Origin: Nemertoderma westbladi
Taxonomy: Eukaryota; Animalia; Xenacoelomorpha
Direction: 5' to 3'
Length of the DNA stretch: 64,000 nt
Assembly: GCA_032718475.1 (NCBI GenBank)
Contig: JAUCBJ010000315.1
Coordinates: 1-64,000, forward strand
Below are positions 24,898-37,289 of this stretch, one piece after another. Each line of letters opens with the position of its first letter. The first letter of the stretch is position 1. The translations under genes and the position numbers were made by a program. The notes under the pieces were generated by a model. That model was not told the origin of the DNA, did not search any database, and worked only from the letters and a program-made list of their open reading frames with translations.

Positions 24898-27162
24898 GAA
24901 TTGCGGACTTGGGAAAGCTGATCTCTCAGACAGTTCTTCCCCCTGGAGTTCTTTCCTCGTTTCTGTCCGCGCGACTGCTCGCCCTCGACAAAAACCCCGG
25001 AGTCCGTCCTATAGGGATAGGCGAGGTCCTCCGGCGAGTAGTCGGCAAGGCGGCAATGTCCTGCATCCGCGAGGATCTTCAGGAAGTGGGCGGAACCGTC
25101 CAGATGTGTCTCGGCCAGAAGGCCGGTATTGAATCCGCGATCCACTCCCTCAACGACGCCTTTGCCTCTGAAGACTGTGATGCCATCCTGCAAATTGATG
25201 CAACTAATGCTTTCAATGCGCTGAACCGCCAGGCGGCGATACACAATATTCAGCTGGTCTGTCCCGCACTCCACACTATTGTGGTGAACTGCTACGATCA
25301 GCCGTCGTGTTTGTTCGTTGGGGGGGAAACAATGTTTTCGGAGGAGGGCTCAACCCAAGGCGATCCAGTGGCAATGCCGATGTTTGGGTGCGGACTTATA
25401 CCGTTACTGCTGGAGTTGGTTCGAGCCTGCTCCGTTGTTCAGAAATGGTATGCGGATGATGGGAACGCCGCTGGTAAAATCAAAGAACTCCGGAAATTCT
25501 GGAATGTGGTATCGGTAAGGGGACCGCTCTACAGGTACTATCCGACCAAGTGCTGCCTTACCGCAAAGCCGGGGAAGCTCGAAGAGGCAAGGGCAGAGTT
25601 CGCGGGGACTGGAGTTTCCATCGACACCACGGGCAATAAACTCCTCGGTGGCGTCATTGGCAGCGAAGAGTTCCGGCGCGAGTTCATCGAGCGGAAAGTC
25701 GGGGAATTCGCCGCTGACGTAGATCGCCTCGCCACCATCGCCACAGTCGATCCGCACTGCGCCTACGCCGGCCTAGTTTTTGGACTCGCCTGCCGTTGGC
25801 GGTTCCTAGTGCGAGTTGTTCAAGGAGCGACGGACAGTTTTGATTCGCTGGAAGAGTCTGTGGAGCGGTTCCTTTGCAGGTTGTTGGAGCGGCCGTCCAT
25901 AATGCCGGTTGAACGACGGCTGTTGTCGCTTCCAGTTAGGGATGGGGGGTTGGGGATCCCGGTCCCCGAGGATTTACAATCCCAGTATGCGAACTCTCGG
26001 AGTATTTGCGATCCGTTTGTCTCCTTGGAGGGTGAGTCGATGGCGGTAGTCAGGGAAGAGCAGACGCATGTGGCTAAGTTGGTGGCCGCCTCCTCCTCCA
26101 GGGCAGCGAAAGCTAAAAAGGAGGAGGTGTACGACCAGTTAGATACACAACAGTACAGGTTATGCCTACTGAATACAGAGAAAGGTGCGTCTGCCTGGCT
26201 AAACTGTAAACCACTATCGCTACATGACACTCACCTTTCCAAGGAGGAGTTCCGAGATGCCGTTTGTCTCCGTTATGGGTGGTTGCCAAAGAATCTCCCC
26301 TCTCGTTGTGTCTGTGGGTCACGATTTTCTACAAACCACATTCTTTGGTGTCCCACTGGGGGGTTCCCCTCCATCAGACACAACGAGATACATGATTTTT
26401 TCGCCGATACCCTGACCGAGGTGGCGCACAACGTGGCTGTCGAGCCAATGCTCTAGCCACTTACGGGAGAGACATTCTCCCTCCTCTCCACCTCGACAGA
26501 CCAGCAGGCGAGACTGGACGTATCAGTGAGTGGATTCTGGGGCAACCGCTTCCAGAAGATGTTTATTGATGTGTCGGTTTTCAACCCGCTGGCGGCAACC
26601 AATGCGGCAATGTCGCTGGACACCACCCATCTCCACCACGAGGCGCGGAAGATCCGAAGGAAGAGGAGAGGATCCGGGAGGTGGAACACGCCACTTTCAC
26701 TCCTCTCATCTTCTCGGCTTTCGGAGGAATGGCGCCGCTGTGTCGCCAGTTTATCAAGCGCCTCGCTTTAAAACTGGCAGAGAAGCGGCAGATCCCATAC
26801 CCAGAGTGCATCTCGTGGGTGCGGCGACGAATTAGCTTCGCTCTCCTCAGGTCATCCCTAATGTGTCTGCGGGGGTTCCGGTCTGCCGCCAAGAGACCGG
26901 TACGGGCAGCAGATGTCGCTGACACCTCCATCGTGTTAGCGAACGCCGACACAGAGCCAGGCGCAGGCATGTTTATATAGATTACAGGCTGTTTGGTGGT
27001 GGTACAGTTTGCCTGTTTGTTGTTGTTTAAGTTTTTAAATTTCCCGCGTTTCTGTAATTACTGTTTTTAATTGTTTGTTATAGTGCCTATAATTGTGTTT
27101 GTATTTCTGAAGGTTTTTATTACTTTGTGAATAAATGAGGCTTGTAAAGTAAAAAAAAAAAA
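24898..27162 (+). mobile_element. CRE-clade element C2 (5'-truncated; in-frame stop at 26454 and frameshift near 26670)
   Basis: LLALDKNPGVRPIGIGE...DATNAFN...QGDPVA...WYADD...CVCG...HILWC...RHNEIHD...RLDV. A12 tail at 27151-27162. ctgtagtagtactgtatagtactgtagtac is repeated on both sides. Confidence 0.92.
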
Positions 27163-27308
27163 CTGTAGTAGTACTGTATAGTACTGTAGTACAGTAGTAC
27201 TGTAGTAGTACTGTAGTAGTCCTGTAGTACTGTAGTAGTACTGTAGTACTGTAATAGTACTGTAGTAGTACTGTAGTAGTACTGTAGTAGTATTGTACTG
27301 TAGTACTG
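27163..27308. repeat. TAGTACTG microsatellite tract nearest NeuroD copy 1
   Basis: Seen directly. Confidence 0.95.
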
Positions 27309-27581
27309 CAGTTTTTAAATGTGATGTTTCCTAAACGAAAGAAATATAAAAGAGGAATTAGCCCAAAAAAAACTGTAGTGCTACTTGTGATTCGCAGTTT
27401 CTGTTACTGGGATAAACTCAGTGTCCAAGGAGGATTGGCAGATCTTAGACAGTTTGTTTAAGAAGTTCCACCTGTATGTTTCCTTTTCTCTACCATTAAT
27501 TGAACATTTTGTAACCAAAGAGCAGAATGTATTTAGCCAGGAGTATGATATAAAAAGACTGCATTAATATCATTATCATAC

Positions 27582-27969
27582 ACGAAGTGGGGACTTCGCG
27601 CAGCACGAAGTTGGCAGAGCCTTAGCGAATTGACACTGTTAGGGGGTAGGTCAATTTATGCAAATAGTCACGTTGGCCCTCTAGCGGCAGACTGGAGAAC
27701 TGCAGATGGATTCGCCTCCTTTGAAAGTCACAGCTAATGGTCTAATACATATCTGCCAAGTTTCAGCTTAAACGGATTAAAAGCAAAGAAATGGGAGGGC
27801 ATTTAATGTTTAGACATGTGGCCCTCTAGCGGGAGACCATTGCACTGATGGTGTCTGAAAGTCTCTCAAAAATCTCAACTTTTGCTCATATTGATACCTA
27901 CAAATTTTCAACTTGGCAGCTTTAAATCCGACAAAGTTATTAGCATGTCAAAATCGTAACGACGACGAC

Positions 27970-28032
<63 letters not shown>

Positions 28033-28130
28033 AACGACGACGACGACGACGACAACTATTTGCATAAATTGACCCACCCCCTAACAGTGTCAATTCGCTA
28101 AGGCTCCGCCAACTTCGTGGCTCGCCCCAC
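27582..28130. mobile_element. Non-autonomous element with ~60-bp subterminal inverted repeats, terminal hairpin and internal (GAC)n (Helentron/DINE-like or MITE)
   Basis: gaagttggcagagccttagcgaattgacactgttaggggg... and its reverse complement; hairpin cgaagt-gggg-acttcg; (GAC)n at ~27959-28053. Absent at the matching position (~57870) of NeuroD copy 2. Related copy at ~53824-55140. Confidence 0.75.
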
Positions 28131-28389
28131 AAACTAAACTAATTTATTTTTATCAACTAAACTAACATTATTCACAAGAGATATAAAAAGTTAATAACAT
28201 TACAATACAAATTATAAATAACTTGGTTAGAACTTTATCAGCAGTTTAAATTATTATTGTTTATTGTGAAGTTAGTAAAAGGATAGTTCTCTCTGTGTTT
28301 CTTTTTCCCTAAACCAGTTGGGTTTAAAACAATCCCGGAATCCGATGAATAACTCGTGATGGATCCCGAGTTCTCCGTTACATTGTGTA

Positions 28390-29551
28390 TTAGAGAAGGG
28401 ATCCAATCCGTTGTAGGGGCGCGTAGGAATATCTTCGATTCCACAAACTCCGCCAGGGGGGCGAATATGGAAATGAATTACATTGGTTAATAAACTCATG
28501 GTTGCCATAGTAATGCGTTGGGCTGTAGATTTTGTTTGGAAGAGTTTTAGATTTGCAGAAGCGAAGTTCCGGGAAGGTTGTATTGGGATCCAAGGATAGT
28601 TGCTTAGCAACAGCATGCATGGTGGGGATACTTAGGTCTGGAAAACGATAAATAATAATTATTAACAAACAATAAAATAGCTCCAATTTAAAAATTCCTG
28701 TTCATAGAATATATAGAACTTATTGAACTGTGTAGAACTGATGTATGAATGGATGCTACTGGCAAAGGTGGCAAAGGCACGATATTCTATCCAAAACATA
28801 ATGTAAAGTCAATAGAACAGTTTCATTTTTGGGAGTAATCAGGTGTTATTTGCGTCGCGTTATCAGGTGTTATTTGCACCCCCCCCACCCCCCCCCCCCC
28901 CATTTGGAACCTTGGAACGCGAATTACCTTTAGTAAGATTCCTGGCGAATTCATCGATTTCCGGCGCTCTTTCTCTCTTCAAAATTTCCGCCAAACTGTT
29001 GATATAGTTTTTAGCCAATCGGAGAGTTTCAATCTTTGACAACTTTACATCACCTACGGGTGGCATTACGCCACGCAACCCATCCAACGCGCCGTTCAGA
29101 CTGTGCATCCGGCCTCTTTCTCTCGCGTTCGCTTTCTTTCGTCGAAGTTTCACTTTCACTAAACGAAGTTTTGTCAATCGCTTCTTTTTAGGGCCGCGCT
29201 TTTTTGGTTTCGTCGCGTCTGCGAAATGAAAATATTTAGAATCGGAAAGTTTAATTTTATTCGTATACAGTCTCTTACCACTGTTCAATACTGTTATTAT
29301 CGTCTCCTCTATAAATTCAAAATGGTTTCGCAAACTCTTTACATTGCTAATTTATTGGAGGTTATCGAGAGCAAAGCAAAAAAAAAGCCACCAGAGTTGA
29401 ACGTTTTAGAAAGAATATAATTTCAACCACTTAAATTATTACCTGGAATTTCCTCTTTAAACATGTCATCGTTGCTATCCAGGGCTTTGATTTCTTCTAA
29501 TTCATCTGCTGATAAGAGACTAAATAAATCCATGCCTTCGTAACTCGACAT
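28390..29551 (-). CDS. neuroD: NeuroD-family bHLH transcription factor, copy 1 (exons 29551-29443, 29218-28928, 28637-28390; 215 aa, frameshifted C-terminus)
   Basis: KKRGPKKK basic region, [24 protein letters not shown]...[18 protein letters not shown] bHLH, and a spliced [21 protein letters not shown] NeuroD extension. GT-AG phase-1 introns. An extra base in the G6 run (28456-28461) gives an early stop. Confidence 0.85.
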
Positions 29552-30000
29552 TCTCTCTTTTTGGTTTTACTTATAATTTAAAATAATGTTGTTTATTTTA
29601 TTAAAAGTATTTATTTTTTATAACAAGTATCTCTTCAATAAATAATCTTTTTGTTACAGTTTATATAAAATTATATTTTTAAAGCCAAAATGAAAGTTTA
29701 AAATGTTTTTTAAGTTTTGTTACTTCGGCATTTTTAACCCATTACAAATTGGAGGCACATCATTGGTTACATTTCTGTAAGCTTTCACATTGCGAAGCCG
29801 CTATTGGATGAATTTGGAAACTATTTATCAAGTAATGTTTAGGAGGGCCGGTAGGCCTACTTAATCAAACATTATATAGCAAACTAATTGCACAGACCGC
29901 TAAATAGCGATGGGATGGATGAGTTGGAATTTGAACCGAAATTTCGCGATAGAGTGAGAGGTACCGGGTGGGGTGTAAGCCGTTCATTGGCCTTTCCGAA
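29552..30000 (-). promoter_or_regulatory. Putative NeuroD 5' UTR/proximal promoter, conserved with ~55770-56211
   Basis: Highly similar between the two copies. Several CCAAT boxes and a TATATAAA ~110 bp upstream of the ATG. Function is inferred only. Confidence 0.45.
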
Positions 30001-30307
30001 GGAGACGGAGTGAAGTTAAACCAAGGGAGCAGTAATATAGAGAATATGGGTTACTTTAAATTAAGTTTTTAATAATTATTGTATTTTTTTATTTGTATAT
30101 ATATTTTATTCATTGGAACGCCGGGTGCTATGCTCAGGTATTTTTACAACTAATAACTTGTTATGTCATTATATATAGGGGGGGGGGGGGGGGGGGGGTT
30201 ATAAAGGAATCTACGTACTGTTCTATATTTTTAATTTATTTTAGCCTATAGTTTAGTTCAAAATGCCCCCTTTTTTAGAAAACGCGGCCACTTTAAGTCT
30301 ATCCATT

Positions 30308-30755
30308 ATAACGAACCTGCCTGCCTATTAATAGGCCAGGGTAGTTTTTGTCAAGAGTTGAGCCGTTCAAAAACACGATGAGGTTACCTGGTTATGTGTG
30401 TATGTGTGTATAACCATCCAATATCTCAAAAACTCAAGCAGTACGCAAAAATTTTAATAACAAACTCGAAGAGCTATTTATCTGGTGGGGTAATACATTA
30501 TACAAAATAACAGTTGATATTTGATTACTGTCTGGGTTAGAGTGAGATAGTAATAAATTTGGCAAGTAATATACTTCTCTGCAGTTTGAGCTATCCATTC
30601 AATAAATGGTAGTAGCTTACGAGGCCCTCATGAGTACCAGCAGCTGGTGTTTCTATCGTTGAATAGATGGCAATTTTCGTGTTTTCATTTTCACTCACTC
30701 AGGGTACTGGTTTGAGGGGCAGGTTCGTTTAAAGCCAGCTTGCTGGCTTTTTAGT
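30308..30755 (+). mobile_element. Helentron/DINE-1-like non-autonomous element
   Basis: Subterminal inverted repeats aacgaacctgcc / ggcaggttcgtt, a short internal (gtgtat) repeat, and a 3' palindrome aaagccagc-tt-gctggcttt followed by ttagt. Absent from the paralog at ~55650. Confidence 0.75.
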
Positions 30756-31869
30756 AAGCATCAGGGCATTCGGTTTATATCATGCGTTACCACCATTCAG
30801 ATAAAATACCTTCACTACTGTTGTACAGGTATACATGTAGTATGGTAGATGCCTATATATTCTTCAGCATACAGTGATGACTATCGTATATGTAAGGTGT
30901 AACAGTGTGTGACAATGGTTAGTGTAGTGTAGCACAAAGCACAATCAGTGTCTCGGCCTGTTACACTTCAGTTCATCTGCTATTCAACCATCAATTGAAA
31001 CCTCTTATAATTTAATTCATTTACTTTGAATTTGCCATCAGGCGAAGTATAATTTACATTTTCTGCAGGTACCATTAACCCTATTAAACCCGGTGGGGGG
31101 GTAAATATGACACCCTCCCCCCCCCCCCCCCGTGGTTTTTTTGTTATAACTCTGAAACAAACGTACTGTAGTTGGGAATCTGAAATTTTAATACTTTTCC
31201 TAAAAATCTATTGCCTTCCTAATAGTGAAAACCGTATTCAAAAATATTGGGAACTTTTCGAGCTATAGCACCATTTTTTAACCCTACTTTTGGCGCTTTT
31301 TTTGAGACGTTTTTTGAAAATTACATTTCATTAAATATGATTTGTAACATCTCTATTTTTGATTTACACCGGTTTTTTTGGTGTTTACAATTAGATGGAA
31401 TTCATATAAATTAAATTAGAAATGTAAAACTTGTTTTTTTAGGCGGGTGCCAAATTTTGGTGCCAGCACCAAATTTTGAAATACTGTATGTCAATTTTGA
31501 AAATTAATTGTTTGAATCTGTTTTTTGGGCAATAGGGGTTTTTTGGGGTTCTGATTTCGATAGAATATATACGTGTAGCACCAGGCGTATCAAACTTGTT
31601 TTTTTCGGTGCTGTGTACAAAATTTGGTGCCAGCACGAAATTTTGAAAATCTATTCAAAACTTCAATTGCTTGTGACAACTTATTTCCCGCGTTTTAGAG
31701 GTTTATGGCGGTTCTAAATTCAATGTAATAAATAATTATCTTACTAGACTTCTCATACTTGTATTTTTCGGATGTGGGTGCAAATTTTTGTGCTAGCACC
31801 AAATTTTGAAAACCATCAAATACATCAAGAGATTGTGTCACCTTGTTTCTGTGTGTGTTATACACACAT

Positions 31870-32043
31870 GGCAGCCCATGACATTCTTGAGACGCATCTT
31901 AAAGGCAACTGGCCTTGAAGATGCGGATGATCTAGCAAATATATCATGGGTGATAGGGAGTTGTGGCGGCGCAATTTTGTCGACAAGCCGGCACAGCAAT
32001 CTCAATAATGCAGCTGCAATTCAGCATGCCGATCCTAGTAGTA
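31870..32043 (+). mobile_element. RTE 3' fragment nested in the piggyBac-like element
   Basis: QPMTFLRRILK translation and gatcctagtagt tail. Confidence 0.8.
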
Positions 32044-32417
32044 TACGGGTTTGTGAGGGTTCTGAATTCAATGGAATAAGTAAAAATTACATACGAGTTA
32101 TCTAACTTGTATTTTTCGTCGGTGGGTGAAAATTGCTGTTCCAGCACCAAATTTTTTAAAATAAGCAAATTGATCAGTAGATAGTATCATCTTGTTTCTT
32201 GCCTTATACGGGTTTATGAGGGTCCTGAATCCGATGGAATCAAGAAAAACAGCACTAGACATCTCAAACTTGTACTTTTTGATGATGGGTACGAAATTTG
32301 GCAATATTGCATCGAAAATTGCGTGTAGCAATAAACTGGCAAATTTGAAATGTATTTCATTAGAATCAGCGCCCCAGAAAACCTAGAAATGTAAATTTAT
32401 AGCATCGTATAAGTTAA

Positions 32418-35335
32418 TTGTTAGCAAAGTTTTCAATCCTGAAGCCAACAATAGGTCAGATCATGTGCCAGTTGGTTCAATATTCAATGTACACTTGGCA
32501 CAACAAGATGTGGAGCATAGCAATACAGATAGAAATTGGGCAATGTTCAGGAAGCCCACATTCATATTTGTGAAGGATTCCCTAGGAGAATTATAGAATT
32601 ATCGGGATGAAATCCGGGAAAGTGTAATAATTCATGGAAAACAGACCCATCTTCAGACTGTGGACAGTGTGGGCATTGAATCGAGTGCTAAATTCATTGT
32701 GACAACGCTATATCAGGCAGCAAGAAACAATATTCCGCATGTATACCAAAGGCGACACAAAGGAATGAACAATCAATTTACAAGAAAAACACAATGTCAG
32801 CAAACGTCGGACAGAGAGAAAATGACATTGGTAAACCCTGTGCAGGATAAGGATGGGAGGAATGTTTAAGTAAGTGTGGAAGCACGGAGCGGATGTGACC
32901 CAATTACAAAGTTACAGAATAGGAGGGCCAAAAATCAAGCTGAGAACCAAGCATACTGGCAACATGTGAGGGACCTCGCAAAGAACTGCCGAACTAACAG
33001 GACAAAGTTCTGGCGCACCTTAACCCTATTAAACCCGGGGGGGGGGGTCAATATGACCCCCCCCCGTGGTTTTTTTATTATAATTCTGAAACAAACGCAG
33101 TTGGGAATCGGAAATTTTATGACTTTTCCTAAAAATCTATTGTCTTCCTAGTAGTGAAAACTGTTTTCAAAAATATTGAGTAGTTTTCGAGTTATAGCAC
33201 CATTTTTTAACCCTACTTTTGGCACTTTTTTTGAGACGTTTTTTGAAAATTACATTTCATTAAATATTAATTGTAACATCTCTATTTTTGATTTACACCG
33301 GTTTTTTGGTGTTAGTAATTGGATGGAATTCATGTAAATTGATTTAGAAATTTCAAACTTGTTTTTTTCGGCGGGTGCCAAATTTTGGTACCAGCACCAA
33401 ATTTTGAAATATGTCAATTTTGTAAATTGATTGTTTGAAACTTGTTTTTACGCAATTGGGGTTTTTTGGGGTTCTGGTTTCGATGAAATATATACGAGTT
33501 GCACCAAGCGTATCAAACTTGTATTTTTCGGTGCTGTGTGCAAATTTTGGTGCTAGCACGAAATTTTGAAAATCCATTCAATAGATAAAATTGTTTGTGA
33601 CAATTTATTTCTTGCATTTTAGAGGTTTATGGCTGTTCTGAATTCAATGGAATATATAATTATCGAACTAGACATCTCAACCTTGTATTTTTTGGAAGTG
33701 GGTGCAAAATGTGGTGCTAGCACCAAATTTTGAAAACCATCAAATATATCAATTGATTGTGTCATCTTGTTTCTTGCGTTATACGGGTTTGTTAGGGTTT
33801 TGAATTCAATGGAAGCAGTAAAAATTTCATAAGAGTTTTCAAACTTGTATTTTTCGCCGGTGGGTGACAATTGTTGTGCCAGCACCAAATTTTGGAAAAT
33901 GAGTAAATTGATCAGTAGATAGTATCATCTTGTTTCTTGCGTTATACGGGTTTATGAGGGCCCTGAATCCGATGGAATCAATAAAAACAGCACTGGACAT
34001 CGCAAACTTGTACTTTTTGGTGATGGGTACGAAATTTTGGTGCTAGCACCAAAATTTGCCAAATTACGCCGAAAAATACAAGTAGCAATGATCTGCATAT
34101 TTGAAATGTATTCCATTAGAATCAGCGCCCTAGAAAACCTGAAAATGTAAATTTATAGCATCGTATAAGTGAATTAAAAATTTTGTGTTCTAACTGAAAA
34201 GTGCTAGTTACTTGTTTTTTTCATTTTTTCCTACGCATAGATGACTAAACAGCCATTTATGGTAATCATATCATTTTTAAATATTTTCCAATGTATTTCG
34301 CGCCCCTGAAAACCTGTATTGAAAAACAATTAGCAGAAAAAAGTAACTTTCAAATTTTGTGAAAATTGTGCCCTACTTGTAATTTTGGTGCTGCAATATT
34401 ACCACCCCAGTAAATTTTTTCGAAATTTTTTTTTTTCGGTCGGATCCAGACTAGTGATACATACGTACACACAAAAAAATCAGACGTTTTCGTTAATATT
34501 TGTAGATTTTAGAGGGAAGTGTCAATATGACCCCCCCCCCCCCCCCCCCGGTATTTGTACAGCATTTTATAGCCCGGTACTAATAGGGTTAAAGGGAGAA
34601 AATACGGTTGAAATGACAGATGTACATAAAGACCAACTTTTCATGGATTATAAAGAAAGGTTTAGAGTTCTGACAGATAAGACCAACTGGGAGCCCAGAA
34701 ATAGACACCGCTTATCTGAGCCCATGACGGAGGCAGCAAATGTATCAGCAGCAATTCGATCCTTAAATTTAGGAAAATCATCAGATTATCATGCGCTGAA
34801 GGCGGAACACCTCCTCCATGGTCAGTATGATGAATTACATGGATTCTTAACAGACATGTACAACAACATAATGACTATTAGTTTCTTCCCACAGTACCTA
34901 TGTACAAGCCTTCTATTACCCTTGCTGAAAAGTGAAGATCGTGATATACACAAGACGAGTAGCTATCGCGTCGCTATGGAGTATTAATCGACCATGCGTT
35001 CTAATTAGTCCTAATAAGTAATAATTCTTATTAATTAACGCAATACTTAAGTGCAGAGTTGGTATTAAGATAAGGTGTTATATTAGGTATTATACGTACA
35101 TATTGTTTAATGTGTCTCCCTATGATTTTAGTGCAACTGCACTACACTACATATATCTACTTAACGCAAGGCTTAATTAGTACCGGTATATATTTTTATT
35201 GTGCAATATTGTATTGTGTTTCCAGTTGATTTTAGTGCAAATGCGAATTATATTATTTTAACTTGTGAATTTTTATTATTATAGCCACCGGAGCGTAAGC
35301 CTGATGATAAAATGAATGATGAAATGAAATGAAAA
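32418..35335 (+). mobile_element. Degraded LINE ORF2 fragment with (TGAAA)n-like tail, split by the inner piggyBac-like copy
   Basis: The reading frame ...TKFWRTL|KGENT...AIRSLNLGKSSD...LLLPLLK...SSYR rejoins across the TTAA at 33020/34589. Tail gaaatgaaatgaaa at ~35321-35334. Confidence 0.7.
33024..34588. mobile_element. piggyBac-like non-autonomous element, clean 1565-bp copy
   Basis: TTAA TSD (33020-33023, 34589-34592), CCCTATTA...TAATAGGG termini, subterminal gtcaatatgac motifs, internal ggtgc(c/t)agcacc repeats, no transposase. Confidence 0.92.
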
Positions 35336-37289
35336 TTAATTAAAAATTTGTGTTCAAAGCGAAAAGTGCTGGTTACTTGTTTTTTTTCATTTTTTGCCTA
35401 CGTAGAGGACTAAAACAGCTACATATAGTTAGTAGATCAATTTTAAATATTTTCAATGGATTTTGCGCTCCAGAAAACCTGTATTGAAAAACAATTTGCC
35501 GAAAATTGTAACTTTCAAAATTTATGAAAATTGTTAGCTACTTGTAATTTTGGTGCTGCCAAATAGCCACCTCGGTACATTTTTTCGAAATTTTTTTTTC
35601 GGTCGGATTCGGACTAGTGAAATCTACGTACCAACAAAAATCAGACGTTTTCTTTAATATTTGTAGATTTTAAAGAGGGGGGGGGGGGGGCAATATGACC
35701 CCCCTCCGGTATTTGTACAAAATTTTATAGCCCGGTACTAATAGGTTTAAGAAAGAAAAAGGGCCCGCCTTTGTTGAAATTCAAGCAAGGACTACTACAG
35801 TATTATTTTTAACAACTGTTTTCATATTTTTTTGTTTGGAATTTAAACCAAATACACGTTGGTTAAATCTTTACAATTTATATTCAGTCTCTAACGCGTA
35901 AACCATATTATAATTAAGCAATCACCTCATTAAATACCTCCATACAGGCCTCACACAGTGTCCACAACAACTTCACACGATACTGAAAGTAAATATGTAA
36001 ATGAATTTACATACTAGAATTAGCAGGAGTAGCTAACTTTGGAATTAACTTAGTCTGATTGTGCCGACGGTCTGCCTACCCTCAGGATGTTGTTATAACT
36101 GACAGTAATGTAATCAAAGAACTCCACCACCACTAAATAGCTTCGGTTGCTAAACTAATTTACTACAAGGCGTAGCTTCTGTAAGATGCTTTGCTACCGG
36201 TTGGGCATGTATTTTTACTGATTTTTGAATTTTGCATATTTGTAACTCTCTAACTCGGCTTATAATGAAGCCTCATGATCTGCCTGTATTATAATAATTC
36301 ATCAATATTTCCTAATAATAACACAGGTAGTGGATTATCTGCCAAAGTAATCTTGATAACATTGCAATGGTTTATGATAGAAAAATTGGCTTATATATTT
36401 GGGGGGGATTTACATATCATTATTATCGGTATTTTTGGTGAATAAGTGGTTTCACATTACTCTAACATTTATTACAAGGTATATTTATTTATTTTTTATA
36501 ACTGCAACACGACAATTTTATGGTCAGCCACGTAAATCCACTTCCTCTCATTCCTCAACACAGAGCTGTGGATTTTAACAAAATGTTTGCGGAATGCCAA
36601 TTTCAGACCATCATGTTTCCTCTCAACAGCGATTATAGCTAGATCATGAAGGTTAATCTTATTTCTAATCTTTAATCCGCAAACTTCTTATTGGTCCAAT
36701 CAAGCGAATTTATGAATTTATTGCCCTATCGCTGGTAAGACGTGACTGCAGGCAGGGTAACGCTGTTCCAATATTATCAATACAATTCGGAATCATTTTT
36801 ATGTTCCGGAACCTAACTCTCTACCATTCATTAAAAGTCGCATCCACGCCATCCATTTTTATCTTGATAACGATAGCTAACATCCATCGGATAATACTAG
36901 CGCTGTATTTGGCTACCATACGTCAGATGAGGCCACCAGTCCCTCCTCTTCATAATTGGTAAGACCCATCTGTTATTACTAAGGCCCTTCTTGTTGTAGC
37001 TAAGAGTGAGCCTACAATGATATGGAGTTATGTCGCTAAACTTAGGCCTAATGTTACGGTATTCTGTTGTCGGTACATTAGCGAGGTTTACGCTTCAATT
37101 GCTCTCTTATCTTCGGATTACCAATGTTTCTATTTGGGGATTCTCTCATTACTGTCTCTCTCAAAAATGAGCAAAAATGTCGTGCCACCACCATACAATC
37201 TACAATTGAGCGGACGGGCAATGCAGCGGGCATTAAGAATGCTATGCCGACTTGTCGGCAAAATTGCACCTCCACAACTCCCTATCTTA

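Larger units (their letters stand above)
31079..35746. mobile_element. piggyBac-like non-autonomous element (outer copy) carrying nested insertions
   Basis: TTAA on both sides; termini ccctattaaacccgg...ccggtactaataggt. The empty site ...ttaagaaagaaaaaggg is seen at ~7782. Confidence 0.85.

Noticed and set aside
20026-27308. Repeat tracts alternating with unique sequence, superficially like a CRISPR array
   Set aside because: Repeats are variable-length microsatellite tracts, the inserts are retrotransposon pieces of 40-2500 bp, there are no cas genes, and the DNA is eukaryotic.
27908-28132. Poly-Asp and poly-Arg ORFs
   Set aside because: Translations of the (GAC)n tract inside a non-autonomous element.
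28863-29333. ORF-track NeuroD proteins starting MRNHF.../MYFCR... and ending in poly-Gly
   Set aside because: These run through intron sequence at both ends; the spliced three-exon model restores the NeuroD extension.
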